Assembly (NCBI GenBank): GCA_964576535.1
Contig: CAZNWB010000001.1
Span: 243 to 64,242, forward strand
Reading direction: 5' to 3'
DNA: 64,000 bases
From: an uncultured bacterium
GTDB taxonomy: Bacteria > Methylomirabilota > Methylomirabilia > Methylomirabilales > 2-02-FULL-66-22
Part shown: positions 1-8,945 of the stretch, piece by piece
Position numbering within the stretch: position 1 is the first letter of the stretch
Layout: each line of letters opens with the position of its first letter
The notes under the pieces: model-generated
Told to the model about the DNA's origin: nothing
Seen by the model: the letters and a program-made list of their open reading frames with translations, nothing else
The model's database searches: none
Made by a program: the position numbers and the translations under genes

Positions 1-425
1 ACCCTACCTCCTCCAGCAATCTTCACAGGTTGCGACCCTCGAGGTGATCTTGAGGGCCTGGCAGCCCCATGCTGCCCACACTGGACCCGGGGTCGCGGTC
101 CCCATGGTCCGGGTTGACGCGAACAGGCTAGGATGTGTGCAGACCGTATGCCAGGCGGGAACGCAAGCCCTCGGAAATGACCTCGAACCGGTAGATCCTG
201 ACATGATGGGCAGTTACAGCCTACGTAGTATTCTTCAACGGGTTACACCGGGCTTTCGGAGACCTGTCCCGATACTCCAAATGGGATTGTCCCACCCGAA
301 ATGCCGCGCCCGGGCCTCACCCACACTTTCCCGCACCCGCCATGCATCCACGCCCGCAGGTCGCCGCTCCAGCGCGGAGGGCCCGCCCCCTCATCATTCG
401 ACTCGGGGCGAGACCCCGGCCAACC

Positions 426-842
426 TCAGGGCATCGTGCCGCGGGTACGCTGGCGTTTCGAATCCCCGGCCCCCTGCAGGGCCTTCTGGCAGCCAGGGGA
501 CAGCTTCGTCTGATTCGCTTGCAGGCACTGCTCCATCGCCTGGCGCTCCGTCGAGGCCCGGGGATGGTAGCAGTAGGCGACCCAGTCGTCCCGGCAGGCG
601 CCCATTGGCCCGCTGACAGCTTGTTGGAGATTATTCATCCGTTGCGCACAAGCCGGAGAAAGCTTCGACTCGTTGTCCTTCAGGCACTGCAGGATGCGTC
701 CGCCCCCGGGCTGGACATCGGGACAGTACATCCGGATCTCCTCGGTGCACGGCATCTCCTGCACTTGTCCGTCGGATGGAATCACTGCCATTACGAGACC
801 CAATACCGTTCCGAGTCCGATGACTTGTCCACGCCACACCAT
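426..842 (-). CDS. secreted cysteine-rich repeat protein
   Basis: The ATG at 842 is preceded by GGAGGA. A hydrophobic N-terminus (VIGLGTVLGLVMAVIP) is followed by two copies of a four-Cys unit, each ending QCLxxNxxKLSPxC. Confidence 0.6.
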   Translation of the reverse strand: MVWRGQVIGLGTVLGLVMAVIPSDGQVQEMPCTEEIRMYCPDVQPGGGRILQCLKDNESKLSPACAQRMNNLQQAVSGPMGACRDDWVAYCYHPRASTERQAMEQCLQANQTKLSPGCQKALQGAGDSKRQRTRGTMP

Positions 843-919
843 GGGGATCCTCCTACCATTCGCATCTGGGCCGGCGGGTGCCATGAGGGATCTCTCTGCC
901 CACTCCCGCGCAGTCGTCG

Positions 920-2257
920 CTAGGGCTTGATCGTTGCCTTTGTCAGATCCCCCACCACGGCGAGCGCATACTTCTCCGGGTCAAGGTGCTTCTGCGCCAC
1001 GCGCTGGATGTCGGCGGCAGTGACGGCGTTGATCCGCGCCGCATATTTCTCGACGTAGTCGAGGCCGAGGCCGTAGTACTCGATCGTCGCCAGCATGCCC
1101 ACGATCTTCTTGCTGGTATCCAGGCGGAGAGGGAAGCTTCCCGTCATGTAGGCCTTGGCGTCCTTCAGGTCCTGGTCGCTCACCGGCTGGTCCCGGATGC
1201 GCCGGATCTGCGCCAGCGCCTCGTCAATGGCGTCCTGGGCCACCTCGTTCTTCGTCTGCATGCTCACGCTGAAGTCCCCGGCGACCTTGGCCGCGGCGAA
1301 GTAGCTCCCCACGTCATAGGCCCAGCCCTTCTCCTCCCGGATCTTGGAGATGAGATACGAGTTGAACCCGCCGCCCAGGAGGTAGTTCATCACCTGCACC
1401 GCATAGTAGTCGGGGTTGTCGCGGGTGATCCCCAGATGTCCCAGGTTGATGCTGGACTGGGTGACCTGCCGCTGGATCGTCTTCACCACCCGCTGGCTCA
1501 GGGGGGCGGGGAGTCGCGGGGGCGTGAAAACGGCCTTGCCAGGCTGCCAGGCAGAGAGCTTGGCCACCAGCCGTTGCCGGATGTCCGCCAGGCTGGTATC
1601 GCCCACGACGGCCACGATCGCCGTGTTCGGCCGGAAATACGCCTCGTGGAACTTCACCAGGTCGTCCCGGGTGATGGTCGGGACGGACTGCTCGGTCCCC
1701 TCCACCGGGCGGCCGAAGGGGTGACTCCCGTACACCAGCGGCAGGAAGGCCTGCGAGGAGACCGTGCCCGGGTCCTCCTGGTCGCGCTTGATGCCCGCCA
1801 CGACTTCCTGGATCTTCCGCTGCAGGTCGGCCTGGTTGAAGACCGGATTCAGCAGGACGTCGGCCAGCAGGTCCAGCCCCGTGTCCAGATCCTTACTCAG
1901 CACCGACAGGGAAATGGTCGCCAGCTCCTGGCCCGCTTCGACACTCAGGGAGCCCCCGAGGAATTCAATGGCCTCGCTGATCTGGGGGGACGTCCGGGTT
2001 TTGGTGCCCTGGGTCATCATCTGGGCCACCAGGTTGGCCACCCCGGGTTTGTCGGGGGGATCCAGGATGGCGCCGGCCTGGACGAGCATGGACACCGTCA
2101 CGATCGGGACGGCGCGCTGCTCCACACCCAGCAGGACCATGCCGTTCGGCAGAACCTCGCGCTGGCCGAGCATCGCCGCCTGCGCCACGGACGCCGCGAG
2201 GCTCACGACCACCACCAGGACGAGGCGTAGCCAGATTGAACGCGTTCGAGTGCGCAT
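920..2257 (-). CDS. M16 (pitrilysin) family peptidase, non-catalytic-type subunit
   Basis: The internal ATG at 2257 has a GGAGGAGGG RBS and a signal peptide (IWLRLVLVVVVSLAASVAQA). The protein has the M16 fold, but the zinc motif position reads VANLVAQMM instead of HxxEH. Confidence 0.8.
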   Translation of the reverse strand: MRTRTRSIWLRLVLVVVVSLAASVAQAAMLGQREVLPNGMVLLGVEQRAVPIVTVSMLVQAGAILDPPDKPGVANLVAQMMTQGTKTRTSPQISEAIEFLGGSLSVEAGQELATISLSVLSKDLDTGLDLLADVLLNPVFNQADLQRKIQEVVAGIKRDQEDPGTVSSQAFLPLVYGSHPFGRPVEGTEQSVPTITRDDLVKFHEAYFRPNTAIVAVVGDTSLADIRQRLVAKLSAWQPGKAVFTPPRLPAPLSQRVVKTIQRQVTQSSINLGHLGITRDNPDYYAVQVMNYLLGGGFNSYLISKIREEKGWAYDVGSYFAAAKVAGDFSVSMQTKNEVAQDAIDEALAQIRRIRDQPVSDQDLKDAKAYMTGSFPLRLDTSKKIVGMLATIEYYGLGLDYVEKYAARINAVTAADIQRVAQKHLDPEKYALAVVGDLTKATIKP

Positions 2258-2270
2258 GATGTCCCTCCTC

Positions 2271-3671
2271 CTATTTCCCTGCGCCGGCGGCGGCATCACC
2301 CGGCTTTACCGGGATCAGGATGGCCACGGTCCGATTGTCTTGGGTGAGGTACTGGCGCGCCACCCGCTGCACGTCGGCGGCTGTCACCTTGCGTACACCA
2401 TCCAGGAAGCCATCCAGCAGCTTCCAGCTTGCCACGGTTTCATACTTCCCCAGCAGGTTGGCCAGTTGGTGGACCGAATCCATGGAGAAGACGAACTCGG
2501 ACTCGATCTGGTTCTTGGCCTTCTGCAGCTCGCGGTCCATCACCGGCTCCCGCTGAACCCGCTCGACCTCAGCCTGGAGGACCTGCTCGACCTCCTCGGC
2601 AGTCTTTCCCGGCAGCGGCCCGGCGCTGAACCCGAAGAGGAACGGATCCGTGTAGATCGGGTTGTAATCGGCGCCGGCGTAGGACGCGAGCTGCTTCTCA
2701 TAGACCACCTTCTGATGGAATCGGGCGCTCTCGCCCCCGCCCAGGATGTAGGCCAGGACCTGCAGGGCGAAGCTGTCGGGGTGGGTCAGGTTGGGCACGT
2801 GATGGACCATGAACAGGAGTGGCAGCTCCGCCTCCTTCCGAACGTACACGCGCCGCTCGCCGACTTGGGGAGGCTCCTGGGTGATCACCTTGGGCGGATC
2901 CGGCTGCCGGGGGATGCCTCCATAGAGAGCCTGGATCTTGGGGAGGATGGCATCCTTCTTCACGTCCCCCGCCACGACCAGGGTGGCGTTGTTGGGGGCA
3001 TAGTAGATCCGGTAGTGCCTGGCAAGGTCCTCCCGGGTCCATCCTTTAATGTCGCTGGGCCACCCGATGGTGGGCCGGCCGTACGGATGCGCCAGGAAGG
3101 CGGTGGCCCGCATGACCTCCCCCAACACATTGGAGGGCTGGTCCTCTATGCGCAAGCTGCGCTCCTCGACCACGACCTGTCGCTCCGACAGGAAATCCTT
3201 CTCGTCAATCAGAAGACTGGCCATCCGGTCCGCCTCCAACTCCAGGCCCAGCTCAACGCGGTCGGCGGAAAAGTCCTCGTAGTACCCACTCACGTCCCGC
3301 TGGGTCTCGGCGTTGTCCACGCCGCCGTTCCGGGTCACCAGGAGGTCGAACTGCTTGGGGCCGACCTTGGCCGTCCCCTTGAACATCATGTGCTCCAGCA
3401 TGTGGGAGAGCCCGGTCTTGCCCGCCTGCTCGTTGCGCGAGCCCACCTTGTACCAGACCTGCACGGTCACCACCGGCGCCTTCGGCTCCTCCAGGATGAG
3501 GACCTTGAGGCCGTTGGCCAGGGTGGTCTCGAAAACCCGCTCGGTCAAGGTCCCGGCCGGGGCGAGGCTTGCCAATCCGAAGCATATGAGCGGAACAGCT
3601 ACCCACACCGGGAGCCATACGGACCTCACCCCCATCAGGTCCACCCGTCTTCCTCGATCCTCTCGCGCCAT
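2271..3671 (-). CDS. M16 family zinc peptidase, catalytic-type subunit
   Basis: The HxxEH motif is present (LSHMLEHMMFKGT), as is an N-terminal signal sequence. The gene sits immediately upstream of the second M16 gene, the typical active/inactive pair. Confidence 0.85.
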   Translation of the reverse strand: MAREDRGRRVDLMGVRSVWLPVWVAVPLICFGLASLAPAGTLTERVFETTLANGLKVLILEEPKAPVVTVQVWYKVGSRNEQAGKTGLSHMLEHMMFKGTAKVGPKQFDLLVTRNGGVDNAETQRDVSGYYEDFSADRVELGLELEADRMASLLIDEKDFLSERQVVVEERSLRIEDQPSNVLGEVMRATAFLAHPYGRPTIGWPSDIKGWTREDLARHYRIYYAPNNATLVVAGDVKKDAILPKIQALYGGIPRQPDPPKVITQEPPQVGERRVYVRKEAELPLLFMVHHVPNLTHPDSFALQVLAYILGGGESARFHQKVVYEKQLASYAGADYNPIYTDPFLFGFSAGPLPGKTAEEVEQVLQAEVERVQREPVMDRELQKAKNQIESEFVFSMDSVHQLANLLGKYETVASWKLLDGFLDGVRKVTAADVQRVARQYLTQDNRTVAILIPVKPGDAAAGAGK

Positions 3672-3742
3672 ATCATCCTCCCCAGAGTGCTGGAACTCTT
3701 GTCCTCGTTCCTTGGGTCCCTGACACTGATCGCTGCACGCGT

Positions 3743-4987
3743 CTACGGCTTCTCCCCCAGGAAATCGCGGAGACGCGAGATGGCGCGCTCCACATCCAGG
3801 AGTCCGGGCACGAGCTTGTCCGCCGCCTCCGCGTGGGTGAGGGCGTCGCGGTAGCGCCCCTCGATGATGGCCTCGACGGCCTGATCCCAGACCCGCGTGA
3901 AGGGACTGTCGGAGGTCGGCGTCAGGCCGATCTGCCGCGCCATCGCCTGGATCGTGTCAATGGGAATCAGGAAGTTGAAGCCCTGGATGGCCTGGTCACC
4001 CTCCAGCGTCGTGGAGATGAATGTGGCCAATCCGATGACCTCGCCCCGCACGTTGAAGGCCGGGCCCCCGCTGTTGCCCCACGAGATGGCGGCGTCGGTC
4101 TGCAGGATCTGCCGCTCGTTCACGTCCTGCCGGAAGCTCGAGACCCGCCCGTAGGTCACCGTGGCCTCGGCCCGAGACTTCTTGCTAAGGAAATCGTGCC
4201 ACACGACCACGCCCGGATACCCGACGATGACGAGCTGCTGGCCGAAAAACACCAGCCGGATATTGGGCGCGAGGCGGACGGTGGGGAGGTTCGTCGCATC
4301 GATCTTGATGATGGCGGCATCCAGCATGGGCGGGTCCGGCTTGCTGCCATCCTTGGACAGCAGGTCGGGATCAATAGGCGGGCTGTAGGCCTTGACCACG
4401 GCGGGGTACCCCGTCCGGGCCGGGGCGCCGGGCGGCAGAACCGTGGGCAGGAAGACGTCCAGCTTCTTGGTGAGGCGGACCCCCTTCCGGTTCTCCGGAT
4501 CCTTGAGGATGGCCTCCATCCGGGCCTTGCGCCGCTTCTCGGGGAGCTTCGCCAGTCCCGGGCCGCAAGCGGCGTTTGCCGCCTGCTCCAGGAAGTCGGT
4601 GATGTGCTCCTGGTCGTCCTTGTACACGGGCTTGACCACGTGGCCGTTGGTGGCGATCCAGCCGTCGGGATGGATGATGGAGCCGGTCCCATTCTCGCGA
4701 TCCGCATCCGGCTTCACAACATAGACGTCGTTCTTCCCGCAGCGGACGGTCACCTCGGCCCCCACCTCCACGAGGATCCCCACCACCCCGGGGAGCACCC
4801 GGTTGATCCGGGCGGCCACGATCTCTTCCTGGCGCTCGCCGCTGGTCTCCCCCGCCGCCGCACAAAGGGGGAGGACCAGGACGCCGAGGAGTAGGCCGCA
4901 GGCAAGCAGGCAGCCGTGCCTATCCGCTTCGGGGTGGGACACGCGATGGCGCTCCCCACCTTTTCGAAGGATATCCCACCGGACCAT
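3743..4987 (-). CDS. trypsin-like serine protease (S1C/DegP-like protease domain)
   Basis: Triad context is present (TNGHVV, DAAIIKID, GNSGGPAF). The real start is an ATG at 4987 behind GGAGGAGG. The 530-aa ORF in the track is an upstream extension. Confidence 0.8.
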   Translation of the reverse strand: MVRWDILRKGGERHRVSHPEADRHGCLLACGLLLGVLVLPLCAAAGETSGERQEEIVAARINRVLPGVVGILVEVGAEVTVRCGKNDVYVVKPDADRENGTGSIIHPDGWIATNGHVVKPVYKDDQEHITDFLEQAANAACGPGLAKLPEKRRKARMEAILKDPENRKGVRLTKKLDVFLPTVLPPGAPARTGYPAVVKAYSPPIDPDLLSKDGSKPDPPMLDAAIIKIDATNLPTVRLAPNIRLVFFGQQLVIVGYPGVVVWHDFLSKKSRAEATVTYGRVSSFRQDVNERQILQTDAAISWGNSGGPAFNVRGEVIGLATFISTTLEGDQAIQGFNFLIPIDTIQAMARQIGLTPTSDSPFTRVWDQAVEAIIEGRYRDALTHAEAADKLVPGLLDVERAISRLRDFLGEKP

Positions 4988-5261
4988 GACAACCTCCTCC
5001 CAGCTCCCGGCTGGGCGAGCCACCAGACCGTGGCCGGAAATTCCGTGAACGTTGCGCAGGGGAAGTCGTCCTCCCCCCGGGGCATCACACACCGCCCATT
5101 CTATGCGAGGGGACAGGGCACCGGGAATTGGACCTTGGTCCAATGTCTGGCGGTTTGTGCCGGATGGCGTAGGACACGGTGCAAATGGCCAATGGAGCCC
5201 GGTGGGCCTGAACCACGCGCCGTGCGCTACGAGCCGTAACCGGGCCAGGGCACCAGACGGA

Positions 5262-5906
5262 TTACCCCGTGCCGCGCGACGACCCGCCGCTCGCGTGGAT
5301 GCGAACTTTCTCGGCCAGGCGGACCAGCTCCGCAACTGAGCCTGCCCGCATCTTCTCCATGACCCTCGCCCTATGCACCTTGACCGTCTTTTCTCTGATC
5401 CCCAGCTCGAAGGCGATCTGCTTGTTCAGCATCCCGGTGACCACGAGGACCATCACCTCGCGCTCCCGCGATGTCAGCGCCTGGACCCTTTCTTGGATGC
5501 CCCGGATCTCGGCCCGGGCGACCCGGGCCTGACGCGCCTTGGCCAGGGACCGCGTCACTGCCTCGAGCAGGTCCCGGCCGTTGAACGGCTTGGGGAGGAA
5601 GTCTATGGCGCCGGCCTTCATGGCCTTGACGCTGGTAGGGATGTCGCTCTGGCCGCTGATGAAGACGACGGGGAAGGTGTTCTCCGCCCTGGCCAGCGTC
5701 TCTTGCAGGTCCAGGCCGGTCAGTCCCGGCATGTGCACGTCCAGCACCAAACAGCCTACGCCGTCACCCCGTTCGCGCTTCAGGAACTCCTCGGCGGAGA
5801 CAAAGGTCTCCGCCCGGTAGCCGGCGGATCGCAGGAGCCGTGCCAGCGCCTTGCGCACCGACGGCTCGTCATCAATCACGAAAACCGTGCCCTCACGGTC
5901 TGCCAT
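5262..5906 (-). CDS. response regulator, REC + LuxR/FixJ-type HTH
   Basis: The REC domain shows VFVIDDEPSVR...LVLDVHMPGLTG. The C-terminal HTH reads LTSREREVMVLVVTGMLNKQIAFELGIREKTVKVHR. The start is an ATG at 5906, and no histidine kinase lies adjacent. Confidence 0.85.
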   Translation of the reverse strand: MADREGTVFVIDDEPSVRKALARLLRSAGYRAETFVSAEEFLKRERGDGVGCLVLDVHMPGLTGLDLQETLARAENTFPVVFISGQSDIPTSVKAMKAGAIDFLPKPFNGRDLLEAVTRSLAKARQARVARAEIRGIQERVQALTSREREVMVLVVTGMLNKQIAFELGIREKTVKVHRARVMEKMRAGSVAELVRLAEKVRIHASGGSSRGTG

Positions 5907-6460
5907 GCGGACCCCTTTTTCGGACGCAGGCCAGACAGGCCCACCAGCCCTGATCGCCCGCGAGCCCACCCGAAGAGCTACCGGAGCCCGAAACGCCGGC
6001 GGATCCTGGAACGGGATACCCTCGCCTTCGTTCCAGGGCTGGGCTCGGGGCGCTCTGCAATCAAGGAGGTAACGCGGGATTTTCTACGGATTGGCGTGCA
6101 AAGGCAACTGGTATTTTTCACGCCTGCGGCTCTTGCCGTGCCCGAGCCGAGATCTTGCCCATCTTCCAGAGTCCGCACGGGGAGCCCGGCCCTGAAGCTT
6201 CCGCACAACTCCGTGCGGGGGAACGCCAGCAGAGTTGGGCCCGAACGACCGGCGCCCGCATCCATAGGCTCAAAGCCGGGATGGTTCATCTTGGAACTCC
6301 TCTTTTTTCCCCAAAGAGGGTGGGGGTCCAAGGCGTCATGGCCCCTCTCGGGGTTGCGTTCTATATTGGGAAGCGATAGGGTTCTGGCCTGGGTCCTTGG
6401 GGATGGTTCGCAGAGATTCCAACACCACAACCATATCACCGGAAAGAAGGAGTTGCCCTC

Positions 6461-7456
6461 ATGTCAAACCCGATTCGAGTCATCCAGTACGGGCTGGGCC
6501 CCATCGGCTGCGCCGTGGCGCGTCACGTGGTGGAACGCGCGGGACTGGAACTGGTCGGGGGCGTGGACATCGATCCGGCCAAGATCGGCAAAGACGTGGG
6601 CGAGGTCATCGGCCTCGGGCGCCCGCTGGGCATTCCGGTGGACGCCACACTCGGACAGCTCCTGGCACGGACCAAAGCCGACGTGGTCCTTCACACCACC
6701 AGCTCGTACTTTGCCCTGTTTACGGATCAGATCCTTGAAATCCTGCAGGCAGGGTTGGACGTTGTTTCCACGTCCGAGGAACTGTCCTTTCCGTGGCTGG
6801 CCCACTCGAAAGAGGCGGGCGAAATCGATCGCGTCGCCCGGAAGGCCGGCAAGACGGTACTGGGGACCGGTGTCAATCCTGGCTTCCTGATGGATTCGCT
6901 GCCGCTGAATCTGACCGCGATCTGCCAGCGGGTGGATCGCATTGACGTGACCCGGCGGATGAACGCCTCAAACCGCCGGGGTCCCTTTCAGGCCAAGATC
7001 GGATCCGGCATGACGGTGGATGCCTTCACCGCCAAGATGACTCAGGGTCGGATGGGTCATGTGGGCCTGCCCGAGTCCATGGGCATGGTCTTTCACACGC
7101 TGGGGAAGAAGCTGGTCCGATACGAGTCGAGCGTGGAGCCGGTGCTGGCCGAGCGCTTCGTGAAGACCGATTATTTCGAGGTGAAAGCCGGTCAGGTGCG
7201 GGGCCTGAAGCAGGTGGCGCGGGGCTATACCGATCGAGGTGAGTTCATGACCTTGACCTTCGTCGCCGCCTTGGGCGAGGACGGGGAAGGGGACGTCATC
7301 CAGATCACGGGCCGCCCCAACCTGGAGGCCAAGCTCACGGGGACCAACGGCGACATCGCCACGGTGGCCATCACCGTCAACGCCATTCGCCGCGTCAAAG
7401 AGGCTGGGCCGGGCCTGGTCACGATGTGCGACCTGCCCATCGTCACCCATTGGTAG
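6461..7456 (+). CDS. DapB-like NAD(P)-dependent oxidoreductase / amine dehydrogenase family protein
   Basis: An AAGGAG RBS precedes the start. The N-terminal Rossmann motif reads IRVIQYGLGPIGCAVARHVV. Size and layout resemble the dihydrodipicolinate-reductase-like amine dehydrogenase family, but substrate is not inferable. Confidence 0.55.
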   Translation: MSNPIRVIQYGLGPIGCAVARHVVERAGLELVGGVDIDPAKIGKDVGEVIGLGRPLGIPVDATLGQLLARTKADVVLHTTSSYFALFTDQILEILQAGLDVVSTSEELSFPWLAHSKEAGEIDRVARKAGKTVLGTGVNPGFLMDSLPLNLTAICQRVDRIDVTRRMNASNRRGPFQAKIGSGMTVDAFTAKMTQGRMGHVGLPESMGMVFHTLGKKLVRYESSVEPVLAERFVKTDYFEVKAGQVRGLKQVARGYTDRGEFMTLTFVAALGEDGEGDVIQITGRPNLEAKLTGTNGDIATVAITVNAIRRVKEAGPGLVTMCDLPIVTHW

Positions 7457-7493
7457 TCGGCGAAGGCTCATGCAGTGAGCAGGCCAGCGACAA

Positions 7494-7528
7494 GGGGGGT
7501 AGGCCCTACAGGCCTGCCCCCCTTCTTT
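7494..7528. terminator. bidirectional rho-independent terminator between convergent genes
   Basis: The stem is GGGGGGTAGGCC / GGCCTGCCCCCC with a 5-nt loop, followed by TTCTTT. It lies between the stop at 7456 (+) and the stop at 7535 (-). Confidence 0.6.
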
Positions 7529-7534
7529 GGGGAT

Positions 7535-8092
7535 CTACTTCTGCGGTGTTGGCGGGACGGGGAAGGGGACTTGATTCTTGACAGGAGGAATACTGCGCAA
7601 GTACGACCAGATTGATTTCAGATCCTCGTCGGTCGCCGCCTTAATATCCTCCCAGGGCATGGGCGGCAGGATGTCGCGGCCGGTGGGCTGACCTTGATGC
7701 TTTCCGGTCCGCATTGAACGGATGAAGGATTCCTCGCTCCATTCGGCGATCCCCGTCTCCTTGTGCGGGGTGAGGTTGGCGGCGAAGCTGACCCCCCAGG
7801 GACCCGCCCAGGCGGTCAGCATGGCAGTGGTGAGTGCCAGGGCACTCCGCTGCTTCAGATCGTCTGGTGTCCACGTCGGATAGGGCAGGTCCGCCGGATG
7901 GCCGGAAAGCAAGCGCGCCGTATCGAGCGCTGGCGCGCCCCCTGGTCCTGGGACCTTCGGTGTGTGGCAATCGTGGCAGCCCATGATGGTCACCAGGTAC
8001 TTGCCACGTTCGACAGGATCGGGCTTCTTCTCACAGCCAAGGATAAGCACCCCCAGGTTCACCGCAAGCACGAATCCGATCAGTCTTCGCAT
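7535..8092 (-). CDS. lipoprotein c-type cytochrome
   Basis: The start is an ATG at 8092. There is a lipobox (LGVLILGC) and a single CxxCH heme motif (CHDCH). The 252-aa ORF in the track is an upstream extension. Confidence 0.75.
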   Translation of the reverse strand: MRRLIGFVLAVNLGVLILGCEKKPDPVERGKYLVTIMGCHDCHTPKVPGPGGAPALDTARLLSGHPADLPYPTWTPDDLKQRSALALTTAMLTAWAGPWGVSFAANLTPHKETGIAEWSEESFIRSMRTGKHQGQPTGRDILPPMPWEDIKAATDEDLKSIWSYLRSIPPVKNQVPFPVPPTPQK

Positions 8093-8126
8093 CGTTTGCC
8101 CCTTTCGGCTCCAGAGACAGCCGGGT

Positions 8127-8885
8127 TTACCCGGTGCTGGCGGCGAGGATGAGGGGAGCGACCTCGGCGACCCAGGCGGACTCGTGTGCTTGACGCCGTG
8201 GCGAACGACGATAGGCACAATCGCGCATGTCACACGAGCGACAGGGAGATCCACCGGCTCCCATGATCGCGTCACGCCCGATGCCCACGGCAAAGGAAAT
8301 GGATTTCCGCGGCGTCATGATGCAGTAGGGATTCAGGTGCACCCCGATGCTGCCGGTGGATAGGAGAGCAAAGATCTTCGGCTGTTCCTCAATTGCCCAC
8401 CGCGCATACCCCGGGCTCTCGCGAGGCGTTACCTTGAGGCCCTGGGCCAGCCGGTCCTCACATATCCTGCGGTGCACGGCCTCCCCCAGCGCCTCCACCG
8501 CCACCGATCCCAGGCTGTCCAGCATGTAGGCGACGGGGAATTCTCTCGCCGCAAACAGGGCCTCGATACGATTCTCCAGAGAATCGCCAATGGTGCAGAG
8601 GGCAAAGCCCAGCGCAGAAATCCTTCCCCACCGCCCAGGATTCTCCCGGATCAAGAGTTCTGACCCATCTGAAAGACGGACACCTGAGTCGTCGGCCGAA
8701 TCCACCGGGAATTCTTGGTAGAGCCACCGCGGCTGGAAGACCTGCCGGGCCTCGACCATGGCAGCGCGGAGGATACCCAGGACCTCGGAAGTGGGGATGT
8801 CTGAGGCTCGCCGGTACCCCTGAAGCCGCAAGACCTCTTGAGGATCAACCTCGAACGTCAGCGCAACCTTCTGCTCATTGCTCAT
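8127..8885 (-). CDS. stand-alone methionine-synthase reactivation (AdoMet-binding, Met_synt_B12-like) domain protein
   Basis: The motif RESPGYARWAIEEQPKIFALL...GVHLNPYCIMTPRKSISFAVGIG matches the pattern of the MetH activation domain. A C-terminal Cys cluster (CRSCDMRDC) is also present. Confidence 0.65.
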   Translation of the reverse strand: MSNEQKVALTFEVDPQEVLRLQGYRRASDIPTSEVLGILRAAMVEARQVFQPRWLYQEFPVDSADDSGVRLSDGSELLIRENPGRWGRISALGFALCTIGDSLENRIEALFAAREFPVAYMLDSLGSVAVEALGEAVHRRICEDRLAQGLKVTPRESPGYARWAIEEQPKIFALLSTGSIGVHLNPYCIMTPRKSISFAVGIGRDAIMGAGGSPCRSCDMRDCAYRRSPRRQAHESAWVAEVAPLILAASTG

Positions 8886-8915
8886 GGCTCATGGTTCATT
8901 GCTCATGGCTCATGG
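8874..8915 (-). repeat. 21-nt tandem duplication spanning the start codon of the 8127-8885 gene
   Basis: The minus strand reads CCATGAGCCATGAGCAATGAA followed by CCATGAGCCATGAGCAATGAG (20/21 identical). This creates several upstream ATGs, including an in-frame mini-ORF MSNEP-stop just before the main MSNEQK start. Confidence 0.8.
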
Positions 8916-8945
8916 CAGGAAGCAGGATGAGCCAAGAGCTATGAG

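Noticed and set aside
986-3854. Long plus-strand ORFs (414 aa at 986-2230 and 696 aa at 1764-3854) antisense to the M16 genes. Similar cases occur at 13507-14814, 27792-28871, 28975-30678, 32490-34343, 44004-45497, 46804-48474 and 50240-52144.
   Set aside because: Their translations are Arg/Gly/Pro/His-rich with no motifs. They mirror strongly supported genes on the other strand. Stop-codon-poor antisense frames are expected in G+C-rich DNA.
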